From contig NC_043005.1 of the NCBI RefSeq assembly GCF_006345805.1, positions 19,282,001 through 19,346,000 of the forward strand: a DNA stretch of 64,000 nt, in the 5' to 3' direction. This DNA is from Octopus sinensis (Eukaryota). Both the position numbers and the translations under genes were made by a program. The notes beneath the pieces were generated by a model that saw only the letters and a list, made by a program, of their open reading frames with translations, was not told where the DNA came from and searched no databases. Of the stretch, positions 40,501-54,637 are shown piece by piece. Each line of letters opens with the position of its first letter. The first letter of the stretch is position 1.

Positions 40501-43255
40501 TATTTGAACTAATGAAAAATCTACAGGTATTACTGCTACACTATAAGTTCAGATTTGAACCTATGCTTATTGATACATTTAGTTACTTCACTATCCCAGT
40601 ACCAAATGTGACACTTTGATTATTAGAACATCAAAAAGAATAGCTAATTAGGAAATTATAATTACAAGCTATTAATAGAAGACTCACGGTATTATAAATT
40701 GTTATATCATAACAATTCACGTGAGTCAAGAGAACAACTGACCCTGTGTTTTATTGAGAAAGAACGTAGCTCTATAATATACATGCTGCAGATGATCATG
40801 ATATTTGGGATGTAAGAAATCTGAAATTGGTTTTTAATTCTACAGGGTGAATGCTTAAATAAAGCATGGCGAAAATACACAACGACTGCTTCTTCCCCAC
40901 CATCAAAAGCTTTCTTTATTATAGTTATGCCACCGAACCGGTAGCCGGTCAACATAAACTCAAAAACTCTAATGAGGTGCAGAAAACACACACACACACA
41001 CACCCACACACACACAGGTAAGCACACACATACACACATAGTACATTCACACACACAAGTAAGTACACATACATACATACATACATACATACATACATAC
41101 ATACATACATACATGTTTGTTCTATGTTATCGAAGATGATACTCAGGATTGGAGTATAGGTCTGGTTCCTCTTGCTAAGTCTGGTGGTTGTTGATAAGGC
41201 CTATTCGGACTAGGAATTCACTCCTGCATGTAGGGTACGTATGAGAATGTCGGTGCTTGAATTATACGACGCTCGAGATTCATGTAGTGCACGATTATTC
41301 TTAGCTGTATGAGCACTTTCACATCAAACCTTTTGGGCGTCCTTGTGAATTAGTCTGCTGTAGTCGAGTTGGCTTCGGGCAAGCATCTCTCTGTAGTCAG
41401 CCAAAGTCCTGAGGGTTCTTAGTAGCACTTTTAGACACTGTTTGGATCTCGTCAATTGTCCCTTAGATTGTCTGCAATGTTGGCTTACTGCTTTACCTCA
41501 GAACCAAGGATCCTGTTTTGCATGTGGTTGTACATCCTGCGCATCCATTAACAGGACTGCAATCAACATGCATCCATGCATTCAAACGTACATACATACA
41601 TACATACATACATACATACTACATACATACATACATACATACATATATACATACATACGCTCACATATACATACAGAAATTCTAAACCTTAAAAGCTTAA
41701 TATCTTTAACGCACATACGTCATATCAGCAGCTAATGTAATCCACAGCTCCTTTATAGACGATCTATTGGTCAATACCAGAAATTGTTACAATTCTGAGA
41801 AAAATCAAGATTTTGGAACATTTTCTGTTGATGTGGAGAAGGAATTTGGCAAAAAGAAATAATTATGTATATCAGCTGAATGCAGGAAGGTTGTTTCTCA
41901 AGCCATATAATCTATCAAAAGCCTGGTTATTACTTATGTTCGATACAACGAATGCTACAAACCTTGGTTGAAATAAGATTTATCCAACAAAGTCGTTTTG
42001 AACAAAGACCAAAATATATTAAACCAGACAGATATGATAGTTAGAGTTTTCCTCTTAGAAGATACTATACTATAATCCATTTTGCAGCACCAGTACTGTT
42101 GCTTATATTTGCAGTACATGACTTCAAAATTGAGGAAGTCCGCTCAATAAATAGTAAATTTGCAAGATCGTGACATAGGCTGCAAAATTTCACAGAAATG
42201 ATAATTAGAACGGAAGAAAAATGACTGTAGTTAAGTTCGGAGATCTTTTGAGTATTATTCAGACATCATCAGCTAAATAAAGTCACCAACATTACATACA
42301 TCAACTAAGTTCCCAAAAGTGAAGTGAAAGCTATACTACCCGTTTGTAGTAAATGTCCCCAGAATCACTTAATTCCTATCGACCTCTCATGTGAATTACA
42401 GGATTAGAATACCTCAACCAGGCCTAAAAAGAGAACACTCAACCTTCCACAAAAAAGATTACTTTCCACGTAAATTAGAGGATGAGGATAACCATCCTTT
42501 GGAGGCAAATGTAGAGACTAGTTCTCTTATTGAATACATTCATTAATATCAATATACGGATTATATTGTGGAACACTTCTATCAAGATTTCCGCTGTGTG
42601 TAAATATAACATTCTTGATAAAGTGGTTTGAGATAGAGATAGAGAAAGAAGCCATCTGCAGCGGAAGAAGCCAGTTGCCCTGCAGATTTGAAAGTTTCTC
42701 GTAAAATCAGAAAGGACAATTTTATCGAGCAACTTTTCTGTTTGTAAATTTAAATTGATCTTTATGACTATGTGAGCGACAATCTGGAAAAGTTAGTATT
42801 TTCAGATAAAGAAGACAGATCAACGGCATTTTACAAATTCACCGTGTAAGCAGAAAAATAAAATTATGCAAGACTTCCTAAAAGGTTCCGCATTTGATAT
42901 TTAAACGCCAGAGCTGGAGCGTTGTGCCTTATTACAAACTAGTTTCCTCTCTAGGAAGATTTCAAATAACTGAGACAGAAACTTTATACATACATAGTAT
43001 ATATATATATATATATAATATATATATATATATATTATATATATATAATGATAAATCTCAGAGCGAGTTATAAACAGTAGCGGTAACACAACGTGATGCA
43101 TATATGCCATTTGAATATGGCTAACCCAAAAGGTGGTTGCTACTGTAGTTTGTAGCCCCAGGAAGACACCTCCTCCCGCTGGCTATAGACACACTATCTG
43201 TGTCCTGTCGTATTTGTGAAGGGAGTCATCCTCCCCGTCCTTTCAACACATGATA

Positions 43256-43300
43256 CACACGTACCCGAGTTTCAAGGTGTTTACCTTTCATCAGCGTGTG
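43256..43300 (-). ncRNA. Canonical minimal type I hammerhead ribozyme
   Basis: CACACG-CTGATGA-AAGGT-AAAC-ACCTT-GAAAC-TCGG-GTA-CGTGTG: perfect stem I (6 bp) and stem II (5 bp), full core, GUA cleavage site. Confidence 0.8.
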
Positions 43301-43808
43301 ACAATCATGGTTGTCGACGAGAAGTCAGATTCCTTCACAAATACATATATCTCTGTATCTCCTTTGATTAATTTTAATCCTTCAGCTAGTTAATGCTTTT
43401 GTGGGGCTTGCATCACCTATATTATTGATTCGTGTTATTATCCATTTTAATTGTTACACGAGATAATAACAGTCAATAATATCGTCGCAAATATTTTCTC
43501 CTGAATTATATGCTTCGTATTGATATTTATTATATATATATATATATTATATATATATATATATATATACAATTGCAGCGTGGAAGTGTTTATAAGCCAT
43601 TTAAGAACACACACAAAAACCGTTAGATTCATTCACTTCACTTTTAAATTAATTTGTCAAAATATTTTCGTCGCTTTGAGACCGTGACCTGTTCACTGAC
43701 AAAACCCAAATGGCTTATAACGCCTTTCACAACAGCAATTGTTTTCGTTCCAGCACACGATCTCAGATCAGCTCACTTGCATAGCAAGTACTATATATAA
43801 TATTAATA

Positions 43809-43858
<50 letters not shown>

Positions 43859-43921
43859 ATTATATATATATATAATAGACATAGTTAGTTAGTTAGTTAG
43901 TTAATTAGTTAGTTAGTTAGT

Positions 43922-43954
<33 letters not shown>

Positions 43955-43955
43955 C

Positions 43956-44002
<47 letters not shown>

Positions 44003-44003
<1 letters not shown>

Positions 44004-44112
44004 TAATATTAATTAACAGGAGATGGATTGGTATTAAATCTGTATTGGGTACACCATATCTAGTCCCCAATAAAGATGTAATATCAATCTATCTCCTGTT
44101 AATTAGTATTAT
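44003..44112. repeat. Fold-back inverted repeat (about 47-bp arms)
   Basis: ATAATATTAATTAACAGGAGATGGATTGGTATTAAATCT versus AGATGTAATATCAATCTATCTCCTGTTAATTAGTATTAT. Confidence 0.85.
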
Positions 44113-44608
44113 TACCCTAATTACCACTGCGGAGTTCCTGAAAGACAATATAACACAAGTTTACTTCGACTGCGGATGACAACAGGTAGCCTAAACTGTG
44201 CCGGTACTCTACTCAACATTTAAACACACTAATCGACTTATATTTATTAGTCTAACATATTAATTATATGTGTGTGTGTGTATGTGTACACCAGAGTAAG
44301 CACATAAATGCGAAACAAGGTGGAAAAAATAGTACTCGAATACTAGAACGGGAACGTGAAACTCTGAGTAACACGTTTTGTGATATTTTTGTATGAGTAT
44401 ACATATATATATATATATATATATATAGACAAGAAACGATTGTAGTGGCGGTTTTTTTGACTATTTATTAAATTTTATGTATTGATTAAGTCTTTCCTTG
44501 TTTGTTTTGCAAAATAGTGGTTTTGTCTCAAATAATATTTTATATATATATATATATATATATGTATGTTTTTTTGCATATATACATATATGTAAATACA
44601 TCTATTTG

Positions 44609-44678
<70 letters not shown>

Positions 44679-45684
44679 CTGTATGCGTGTATGCATACGT
44701 GGGCACAGGACGTCACGAAACGTGTACAACAAAAAGTACGAAGCACGAGTACATAGAACAACATGAATTATTCTTTCGAACAACGAAAGACACAAATGGA
44801 AAAAAAAAACAAGCAACATAAAGAATGACCCTTCATCAGTTGTTGGCTGTTTTTCTTGTCTCGTATTTCGAGCATTTAACAATATACGCTTTCGATAAAA
44901 CAGTGGCTCTAGCAAAGCAAATTAAATAAAATTTGAGATTTTGCAGAGAGTCAAAATTGGTAACACAAACAGGACAGTGAAAACGAACAGGAAGGGTTGC
45001 TAAGCCTAAACCAGGTTGTGGTGGCGAACGCATAAATCAAACTTGGACAGGAGATAAACATGAACATGTCTTCCTTGTTCCAGCTACAACGGAGAGAAAG
45101 AAAGATGGCCGATGGTCACGTGGGAGTCATGTGAGCAACGGAGGAGGAGGAGTGGGGTCAAATAATAAGATAGAGAAGAACGAAAGTGTAAAAAGATCTT
45201 AAGAGTGCGCATCAGAATTATTAAGATAAAACTTAGAAGAGGATGCGTGGCATTCAATCATATAATAATATAAATAATATATATATATATATATATACAG
45301 TGAGAGAGAGCTGTTTATCGAGTGATATATTTGTGTCTGTCCGTCTGTCTGTGTGCCTCTCTAATATATTTATAATATTGTTATCTTATATTTACATCTA
45401 ATGCTATCAAGCCATTTATCTTACTATATGTCTGTCTGTCAACTTGTCATTTTGCACGCTGATATTTTCTTTCAAATATAAAACGGTCTTGTCTATAGAA
45501 TTGTTGTATAAAACTATATGCATGTTTGTGCGCGTGTATATGTGTGTGAGTTTGTGTGTGTGTGTGTATCAGTGTATATCTCACTCGTCCACTGTCTGTT
45601 GCTTTTATATACGTACGTACATACATGTGTAATCATATAAGCATAATATATCTACATATATATATATATATATATAATATATAT

Positions 45685-45720
<36 letters not shown>

Positions 45721-46003
45721 ATGTACTCTGCAATATACTTGTGTGTGTATATAAGTACCAATATAATGTTCTTTTGTTCATTTTTACCATCAAGGCCAAG
45801 ACCATACTCTATGTATATGGTTTTAAGTATGTGTTGGTGTGAAGACGTATATATGTGTGTCTGTGTCTGTGCCTGCATAGTAAAATGGCTGCATACAACA
45901 AACTTGAATCACGCCTCCACACCTACGCACTCTTGAGTGGGTGTTCGAGAATAGTTACTTTTTGCGCTACACACGCACGCACACACACACACACACACAC
46001 ACA

Positions 46004-46479
46004 CATATTGTCATCCACACTGACACTCATTCCGACAAACAGAGATTCAGGTACACATATATACTTTAAAAACGCCCACATATTCTCATACACACATATC
46101 CATATACAACACGTAAACATAGTGCTCAAACGTAAACGTATATGGACTCTACAAACTTGCTTTCATACGCACAAAACACATATACAGACAATGTATATAT
46201 AAACGCACGCACGCTCACACACACCACTCACACACACACACACACACCACAACCACACACATATTGTCATCCACACTGACACTCATTCCGACAAACAGAG
46301 ATTCAGGTACACATATATACTTTAAAAACGCCCACATATTCTCATACACACATATCCATATACAACACGTAAACATAGTGTTCAAACGTAAACGTATATG
46401 GACTCTACAAACTTGCTTTCATACGCACAAAACACATATACAGACAATGTATATATAAACGCACGCACGCTCACACACA
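46004..46479. repeat. Tandem duplication, 257-bp period, bounded by (CA)n
   Basis: 46004-46222 and 46261-46479 are near identical (one C/T difference seen). Confidence 0.92.
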
Positions 46480-46941
46480 CTCACTCACACACACACACAC
46501 ACACAACATACTCACATATACACAGACTCACACTCTCACACATACCCATAAAATTCTTATTCGCTGGTCTGCTAACACACACGCAAATATTCACACACGC
46601 GCGCACGCATGTACCCACGCATATACATACATGCACTGCGAAAATTTAATTCCTGCAGAAAATATATTATAGAACTGTCGTATACATATGTGCGCCGGCG
46701 CACGTAGAAGACAATAGTTACAACTTATACAATAGTGATTTTTTTCTGTCAGTGATGACGCGTCTTTGGTAACGACTATGGCTGTCATATTCGCTTATCA
46801 GGGCTAAATACATATACAAACTATCATATTCACACTACCTGCCATACCTCGCATTAGCGCACATCTTTTCATATGATATATTAATTCGATCCACGCATCA
46901 CACACACATACGCACACATATACACACGTATATGTATATGT

Positions 46942-47041
<100 letters not shown>

Positions 47042-47190
47042 TATATATATAATATATATACATATATATCTATATACATGTATATACATATATAAGAATA
47101 TATATATATATATATAATATATACATATATATATACATACATATATATATATATACATACATATATATATATACATATATATATATATAC

Positions 47191-47243
<53 letters not shown>

Positions 47244-47244
47244 G

Positions 47245-47305
<61 letters not shown>

Positions 47306-47499
47306 AATGCATATAAGGAATCCACTCGTGGGATTCAACACGCTAGAAAGAACAGCTAGGTTCTATAACCACAAAATTAAGGAAAAATCCGACAGGAACG
47401 AAATGAAAAAATAAAAACATTTTACCATCTAGTTTCCTGGACCAATTGTTTTCTGAATTTAGTTTAGCAAATAAATAATATTCGCTAGGTGAAATCTTC

Positions 47500-47790
47500 T
47501 TCAACAGGTACGCCTTAGACGAGTTTCAGGTAAGCCAAACTTTCTGAGCTTCTCGCTTTCCATTGAGACAACGCGATCTTCAATATCAACCAACCCAGAA
47601 TTATATAGGTCATTGTTGAATGCTATTTCCTTCTCAGGGAATCTTAATTGTGCTTGATATTTGTAGTCTTCCGATAAATCATTCATATATTTGTGCCACA
47701 ACGCTAATGGATTACTTACTTCACAATTCGGAAAAAGAATTGCAAAAAGGTCTATCAAAGAAATAGATACAATTCGTTGTATGTACATAG
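47500..47790 (-). mobile_element. Helitron RepHel fragment (Rep-helicase linker region)
   Basis: LFAIL..CEVSNPLALW.KY..DLSED.....YN.GL.DIE......L..FGLPE is the characteristic motif upstream of the Helitron PIF1 domain. Confidence 0.82.
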
Positions 47791-47807
47791 TTTTTTGTAT
47801 GTAGGAT

Positions 47808-48198
47808 CTTCCATACTTTTTAATCTACAGTATATGATCGTATATTGAAATTAGAGAATATTTTTTAGTGGTCTTCATATTTTTATTTATTATTTATATA
47901 TATGTTGTAATTGTGTATTATTACTTTCTATATTTTTTTATATGTCTATTGGTGTGTATTTTGGTTAAAGAATATTATAAAAGTGAAAGGATTTTGTCTA
48001 TAATTTATTTCGATTGTTTTCCATACTTTTTGAAATCTATCTGGTCATATATTTGCATTACAGAATATTTTTTAGTCATGTTGTGATTGTATATTATTAC
48101 TTTCTATATTTTTTTATATGTGTATTGATGAGTATTGTTTAAGTTTTTGTTAGAGAATATATTATAAAAGTGAAAGGATTTTGTCTATTTATTTATTT
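47808..48198. repeat. Diverged AT-rich tandem duplication (about 190-210 bp)
   Basis: TTCCATACTTTTT, TATTATTACTTTCTATATTTTTTTATATGT and AGAATATTATAAAAGTGAAAGGATTTTGTCTAT each occur twice. Confidence 0.8.
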
Positions 48199-48746
48199 GG
48201 ACTGCCCACCTGCGACGATGATTAAATTGACTAGGAACATAGTGCGCGATGAATATCCAATATCAAATGATCTTAATCTCCATATTTAAATTGCATTAAA
48301 CTTTGGCAAGCTTACTTTTATCTATTCTAAGTTACTTGAAAGGTGATATTCCCTTCCCTCTCTTCGATTTGTTGATACTTTTGTTTACCTACCAATGCGT
48401 TGTTTCACTTTGAAGATGCTTATTTACCAATCCATTATGATATTTCGATTGTTGTCCATTCTTTTAGCATTGCCGTTCTAGCCCTTTTTAAACAATCACA
48501 AGAAATTTCGCTTTCATGTAAAACAACTATGTTTTGTAGTCATTATCTGTAATCTATTCCCAAAACACTCTAGTAGCTCTACTTTGCATCGCGTGCTTTT
48601 TCTTGAGATTTCCGAATGGCAGAAATCATGTCAACTCCCTGCATGAAATCCACATTGGGAAAGTCCTGTCCTAGATCGATTTGCATGGCATAAAACGTGT
48701 CATGATCCAAACAATTTGGGTTAAAGAAACAGAACAATAAAACAAT

Positions 48747-49097
48747 ATCCTGCAATCAACAGACACATTTGGCCAATCCCAAGCAATCCCGCAATCAACA
48801 GATACATTTGACCAATCCCAGGCAATAGAGAGATCAACAGACACAGTTGGCCAATCCCAGGCAATCCTGCAATTAACACATAGATTTGGCCAATTCTGAG
48901 CAATTCGGCAATCAACAGATACATTTGACCAATCCCAGGCAATAGAGAGATCAACAGACACATCTGATCAATCCCAGGCAATCCTGCAATATACGGACAC
49001 ATTTGACCAATCCCAGCCAATCCTACAATCTACAGACATATTTGGCCAATCCCAGGCAATCCTGCAATCACCAGACACATTTGCCCAATCCCAGGCA
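48747..49097. repeat. 39-bp minisatellite, 9 units
   Basis: Consensus ATCCTGCAATCAACAGACACATTTGGCCAATCCCAGGCA; no indels between units. Confidence 0.93.
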
Positions 49098-49354
49098 AAA
49101 TCAAAATCATCAGTCTCCACATTGTGGCTTCATAGCAAAATCCATACCTAAATTGAAATTGCCTTTTATGCATCTATCGCAAATAGATACAGGTTTCTAT
49201 TTGTCTCGCCTTTAAAAGAAAATCTTTCCTTTAAACACTCATACACCGAAATCGACGGGAGTGACCATTATTGCTTCAATCTTCATTGAATTAGAATTAA
49301 AACACTCTCGATCATAATAGTGAATTCTCTAGAGATAATTATTTCCACTATAGC

Positions 49355-50608
49355 TACAAGAGCTGAAATTTGTGGGTGGTGGGAGCTAGTCTATTAAATC
49401 GACCCTCGAGCTCAACAGGTACTCATTTTATTGATTCCGAAAGGATGAAAGACAAAGTTATCTTGGAGGAATTTGAACTAAAAAAAGTAAAGACGGAAGA
49501 AATGCCGCGAAGCATTTTGTCCTAATGAGAAATTATTGTGAGAGTTTTAATCAAGCACTTGATTTCGTCACTGATTTAGTCTCGTGAAGCGCAGATGTTT
49601 TTGCAAAAGCTCTGTAATATTGTAACGGAGGATTTAGTTTTAGCTGATATTTTGATGAGAAAGAATATAATCCTACATTTAGGAAGTAGCTCCTACATTT
49701 AGAAGTAGAAATGGAAATATCATGTGATGTAATCCCAATTTTACTTTTAATTTTCTCTTTATAAAGCCAAAGAGCTTTTGAGTTCGTCTCAGTTCATTTA
49801 TAAGAGAGCTTAGGTATTTTAAAATCTTCAATAAAATTTCCGTTAATTTTTTTTGCAGCTGTTTCAAAAACAAAATAACAGCGACTCTATTCTCAAGAGC
49901 AAGTGATTGTCCGCTTAAAAGAAACTGCTCGGCAATTTCATTGTGCCAAGCTAAAATTACAGTCAAAATCCTATATTAGTGTGACAAAAAACATAGATGT
50001 AAGATAAGACATTACACGCAGAGGTATATCATTGATCAACCCATATATTTGGAGATTAAGACAAAATGATAGTACTTTTAACATAAAGTTGTCTCTACTT
50101 GATTTCAAACTTACTTACTAGGATAACATAAGATGGAAGGTACTTTTTGCTTAACCGAAATTATTTCAATATTAGTGCAGAATAAAGCGACGTGCTGGCA
50201 AAATCGTTAGCTCACCGGGTAAAATGCTTGGCAGCATTTCGTCCGTCTTTACGTTCTGAGTTCAAATTCCACCGGGGTCGACTTTGCCTTTCATCCTTTT
50301 GGGGTCGATAAATTATGTACCAGTGAAACACTGGGGTCGATGTAATAGACTAGTCCCATCCCTGCAAATTTCAGGCCATGTGTCTTCAGTAGAAAGGATT
50401 ATTACAGCAGAACAAGGAGGCGAGCTGGAAAAATCGGTAGCACAATGGGTAAATAATTAGCTGCATTTCATCCGTCTTTACGTTCTGAGTACAAATTCCA
50501 CATTTCAGGGTCGATAAAATAAATACCAATTGAGCACTGGGGTCGATGTAATTGACTGTCCCCCTTCTCTGGAATTGCTGGCCTTCTGCCAAAGTTTGAA
50601 ACCAATAT
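49355..50608. mobile_element. Three diverged SINE family C copies (49355-49520 minus; 50186-50402 and 50417-50608 plus)
   Basis: GTTCTGAGTTCAAATTCC..GTCGACTTTGCCTTTCATCC..GGGGTCGATAAA..CTGGGGTCGATGTAAT. Confidence 0.75.
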
Positions 50609-52597
50609 TACGACAAAATTGAAAGAGAACAAATGAAACTGAAGTAGCAGCATTCATAGTAATTCTTCACAATGATGAAATATTTTCGATATATTTTTTA
50701 CAAGACTGCCTCGCCTCAGAAAAAAATTCGCAACAAGTTTTTGAATATATTTGTTTTTAATTCATTGCTATTTGTTCTGAACGTTTTTCTTTTCTGTGTC
50801 AAGCTCCAAGCCGTTTTTTTTTTAATCAAGGGTCTAATCAATGTCGGACGTGTTTTGAAAGCCACTGACAATATTTTCCCCCGTGTGTTTGTTCCTCTGG
50901 CTTATTCCCTTTTCTTATTCAACCACATTATTTTTCTGTGACCATGTAGTATTTTGGAGTGAATGTAGTTGTGTAAATGAATTTAATTGAAATGATTTGA
51001 TTTTACTCTTAGTAATGTATTTATAGCATATTTTTATATATTGATTTAATTATTTAATAGAATGTTTGCGGTTATTAACACACACACATACACATATATA
51101 CGCACACTTACAAACACCCAAACAAATAATTAATTGTTTATTTATTCGTTTTTATCCCTCGGCATGCATCAAATTGTTTTCTTTCCAATTATATTTTCCG
51201 AATACTCTATTCAACGGTTTCCTGTTTCGTTGTTCAGATTGTGTTAGGAAATCGGAAATGCAAAATTCAGTCACGAACCGTGATAATTATAACTTAATAT
51301 ATTTTGACACCACTTGGCTCTCAGTGCCAAGTTCTCTCTGCTTACCTACTTATATATCATGAAACTTTGAATTCAATTGCTTACATATAAAACACACACA
51401 CACACGCGCGAGCACACGCATACGGATACGAACACATGCACACATCTATATTAATCCAATTACAATATTCTTTCATTCATCGCTGTACCTTAATATTTTT
51501 TCTTTGTAGGCCATCAATACAAAAAGCAAGTGGTTCGATAAATACCTTATTTGCATCTTCCTCACGTTTCATTTTTTTCTCACGCCTCTGTGTAAAGCAG
51601 AAAAAATAGTGATAACACGATTGCTAAATACGTTAAGCCAGCCTTTAATGTTGTTATTGGTACGTTGGAAATTATAATGTACACGTTCATACTTATTCCA
51701 ACATCGTACTGGAAGTGATCGACTTTCACATCACACAGGTAAATGCAAAGTAGTCTGTAAAAGCTTTACGCAGATGTTCAGTTTTTAAAACCTACCAGCC
51801 GGTACTAAACAAGATTTCTGTTATACCCTGTCTAATAATTGGTGCCTGCTCATTTGAGTTAGCAGGGATTTTCCCCTCATTCTGAACACGGCTATTTCCG
51901 CTCAGTCCGTGTTGGATCTGCCGTCAGTTGGTTGGTGCTGAATTTTGTTTCTGTCAGAGGATATTCAACTTTTGAATATGGGTCACATCTCCAATATATG
52001 ACATTGCCGACAGTTTTGTTTGCATGAGAAGCTATTAAGGATCCATTTATGCTATTCTCTTCTATTCAGCACTAACTTCATCGTGGCTATCCCCCCAAAT
52101 AATCGATATCCAGCAGACACAGGAAGACCTAATGAGTTTTGTACCATATTTTCTGAGGTTGGTCTGAAGATGAATTGCCGCAAAATTATATCCAATAACA
52201 AACACAAATCATATGGCTGTTGGCAAAAACATATCCTATATAATAATATATTAACAAAATGCTTGTATGAAATGCCATTTTGCTAAAAAGTCATTTGATG
52301 AAAAATCATGATAAAATTTATAGGCATATATACATGCACGTGCATATGCAACACCCACCACACACACACATAGGCATGCGCGCGCACACCCACACTCATA
52401 GAGTAAACAAACTGCTTCCTTAGCCAAAAGAATCATGGTTACAAATTACTAATAACATCTCACTAGCAATCTACATTTAGATCCACACACATCTGCTTGA
52501 TTGACGTGTGTGTGTGTGTGTATCTGTGCGTGTGTGTGTATGTACGTGTGTATGTGTGTTTGTGTATGCCTTTGTGTGTGTGTTTATGTGTGTATGT

Positions 52598-52634
<37 letters not shown>

Positions 52635-53262
52635 AGATTCATATCCGGGAATCGCCTTAGTCAATTGTGATGTTGAACACACACACACACACGCAAACAC
52701 AGACACACACACACACACACACACACTCACACGTATACACACACGCATGCAAACAATGACATACAAATGTGACTATTGCTCGCCTATATATATCGACAGA
52801 TGCACACTTGCGTGAGTATCGATGTAAGTTTGTATGTGCGCATGGGCATTTCGTCTGTGTGTGCATACAGAGTCATGCGCATTCGTGTGTATGCATATAG
52901 AGGCATGCGTTGGATGACTGGATCGGGGAAGGATACGGAAAGGGGTACAAGAAGTGCGGAAGGGAGGAGAGGTAAGGAAAAGAGTACCATTATGTTCTAT
53001 CTCCTTAGCCCTCGTTCCTTCTGCATTTCCCCATCCACTTTAATCCCTTTCTGCTTCGTTCCCCGACCCAGCCACCTAACGGTTTCCTCTTTATAAGGTA
53101 CATACTAGAGTGCTATATTCACTCTATGGCCGAATTTTTGATCGGTAGAGTCAAAAATGGAACTTTTGCTTTTGAATTTAATTTTTACATGTATTCACCT
53201 GTTGTAAACGGTATTTTCGCACGATGTAATACTTCTATTCAACAATAAAAAAATAACTTTTT

Positions 53263-53636
53263 TCTCTTTTACTTGTTTCAGTCATTTGACTGCGGCCATG
53301 CTGGAGCACCGCCTTAAATCGAGCAACCGGGACTTATTCTTTGTAAGCCCAGTACTTATTCTATCGGTCTCTTTTGCCGAACCGCTAAGTGACGAGGACA
53401 TAAACACAGACACACAAACAAACGCACACACATATATATATATACATATATACGACGGGCTTCTTTCAGTTTCCATTTACCAAATCCACTCACAAGGCTT
53501 TGGTCGGCCCGAGGCTATAGTAGAACACACTTGCCCAAGGTGCCACGCAGTGGGACTGAACCCGGACCCATGAGGTTGGTAGGCAAGCTACTTACCACAC
53601 AGCCACTCCTGCGCCTATAGCCACTCCTGCGCCTAT
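53263..53636 (-). mobile_element. SINE family A with duplicated 5' 18-mer
   Basis: Family A sequence; AGCCACTCCTGCGCCTAT occurs twice in tandem at 53601-53636. Confidence 0.85.
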
Positions 53637-54014
53637 CTATTGCGATTTCTTTATTATTCACCTTACTTGGAACCTGCAATTCCTGTCCATCTGGAGTCCT
53701 GTTGAGTGCAGTACAATTGGTGCAGTGTTTGTACCTATGTGCAACCTTGTGACTCGCTGCATATTCAGTTGGCCATTTGTGATTGCACACACAAATCCGT
53801 GTTTACTTCATTAAGAACGTATTTGTTCTTCAAATATTGTTTTACGCGATAGCGATTTCACTGACTCGGCCTTGGTACTCTACTATCTATATTTAAAGAC
53901 CTGATTCGCTTCCTTCCTGAATTTATGTGTGTGTGTGTGTGTGTGTGTGTGAGTGAGTGTGTGCGTGTGTGTGCGCGCGCGCGTGGGTGTTTGTGTTTGA
54001 ATGTATTCCTTTCA

Positions 54015-54637
54015 AGTTTTGGCACAAGGCCAGCAATTTCCAAGGAGGGGTAGTTCGATGAGACTGACCCCAGTGCTCAACTAGTACTTATTTTATCGAC
54101 TCTGGAAGGGATGTAAGATAAAGTCAATCTCGGCAGAATTTGAACTCAGAGCGTAAAGAGGAACGAAACGCCGCTAAGCATTTTACTCGACGTCTTAACA
54201 ATTCTGCCTGCTCGCTGCCTTCATGTGTGTGTAATTATATTATCCATTTGTATGCTTGTCTAATATCATTTGATATATGAACGTCTGTATGTGGGATTGT
54301 GTGAGTACAAGTATCTTACAAACGTCACTATATCTGGTATCTTTTATTTTTATACCTTTGTTACTTCGGTGCCGCTTTTTCAAATTTATTACCTTATTGT
54401 GATAATATTAATCTCCTATGAAGGCGGCGAGCTGGCAGAATCGTTAGCACGCCGGGCGAAATGCTTAGTGGTATTTCGTCTGTCTTCATGTTCTGAGTTC
54501 AAATTCCGCCGAGGTTGACTTTTCCTTTCATCCTTTCGGGGTCGATAAATTAAGTACCAGTTGCGTACTGGGGTCATCTAATCGACAGGCCCCCTCAACC
54601 AAAAGTTACGGGCCTTGTGCCTAGAGTATAAAAGAAT
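54015..54637. mobile_element. Two SINE family C copies in divergent orientation (54015-54222 minus, 54422-54637 plus)
   Basis: GGCGGCGAGCTGGCAGAATCGTTAGC head; TAATATTAATCTCCTA precedes and GAATATTAATCTCCTA follows the plus copy (TSD-like). Confidence 0.82.

Noticed and set aside
41740-42900. Possible decayed hAT transposase C-terminus
   Set aside because: Only a vague resemblance; no TIR/TSD or clear motif
48747-49097. CRISPR-like array
   Set aside because: Head-to-tail units without unique spacers, eukaryotic context, no cas genes
51860-52200. Possible RT remnant (LLFS..IV....F....GLKMN.RK)
   Set aside because: Catalytic DD absent and too degenerate to support without a search
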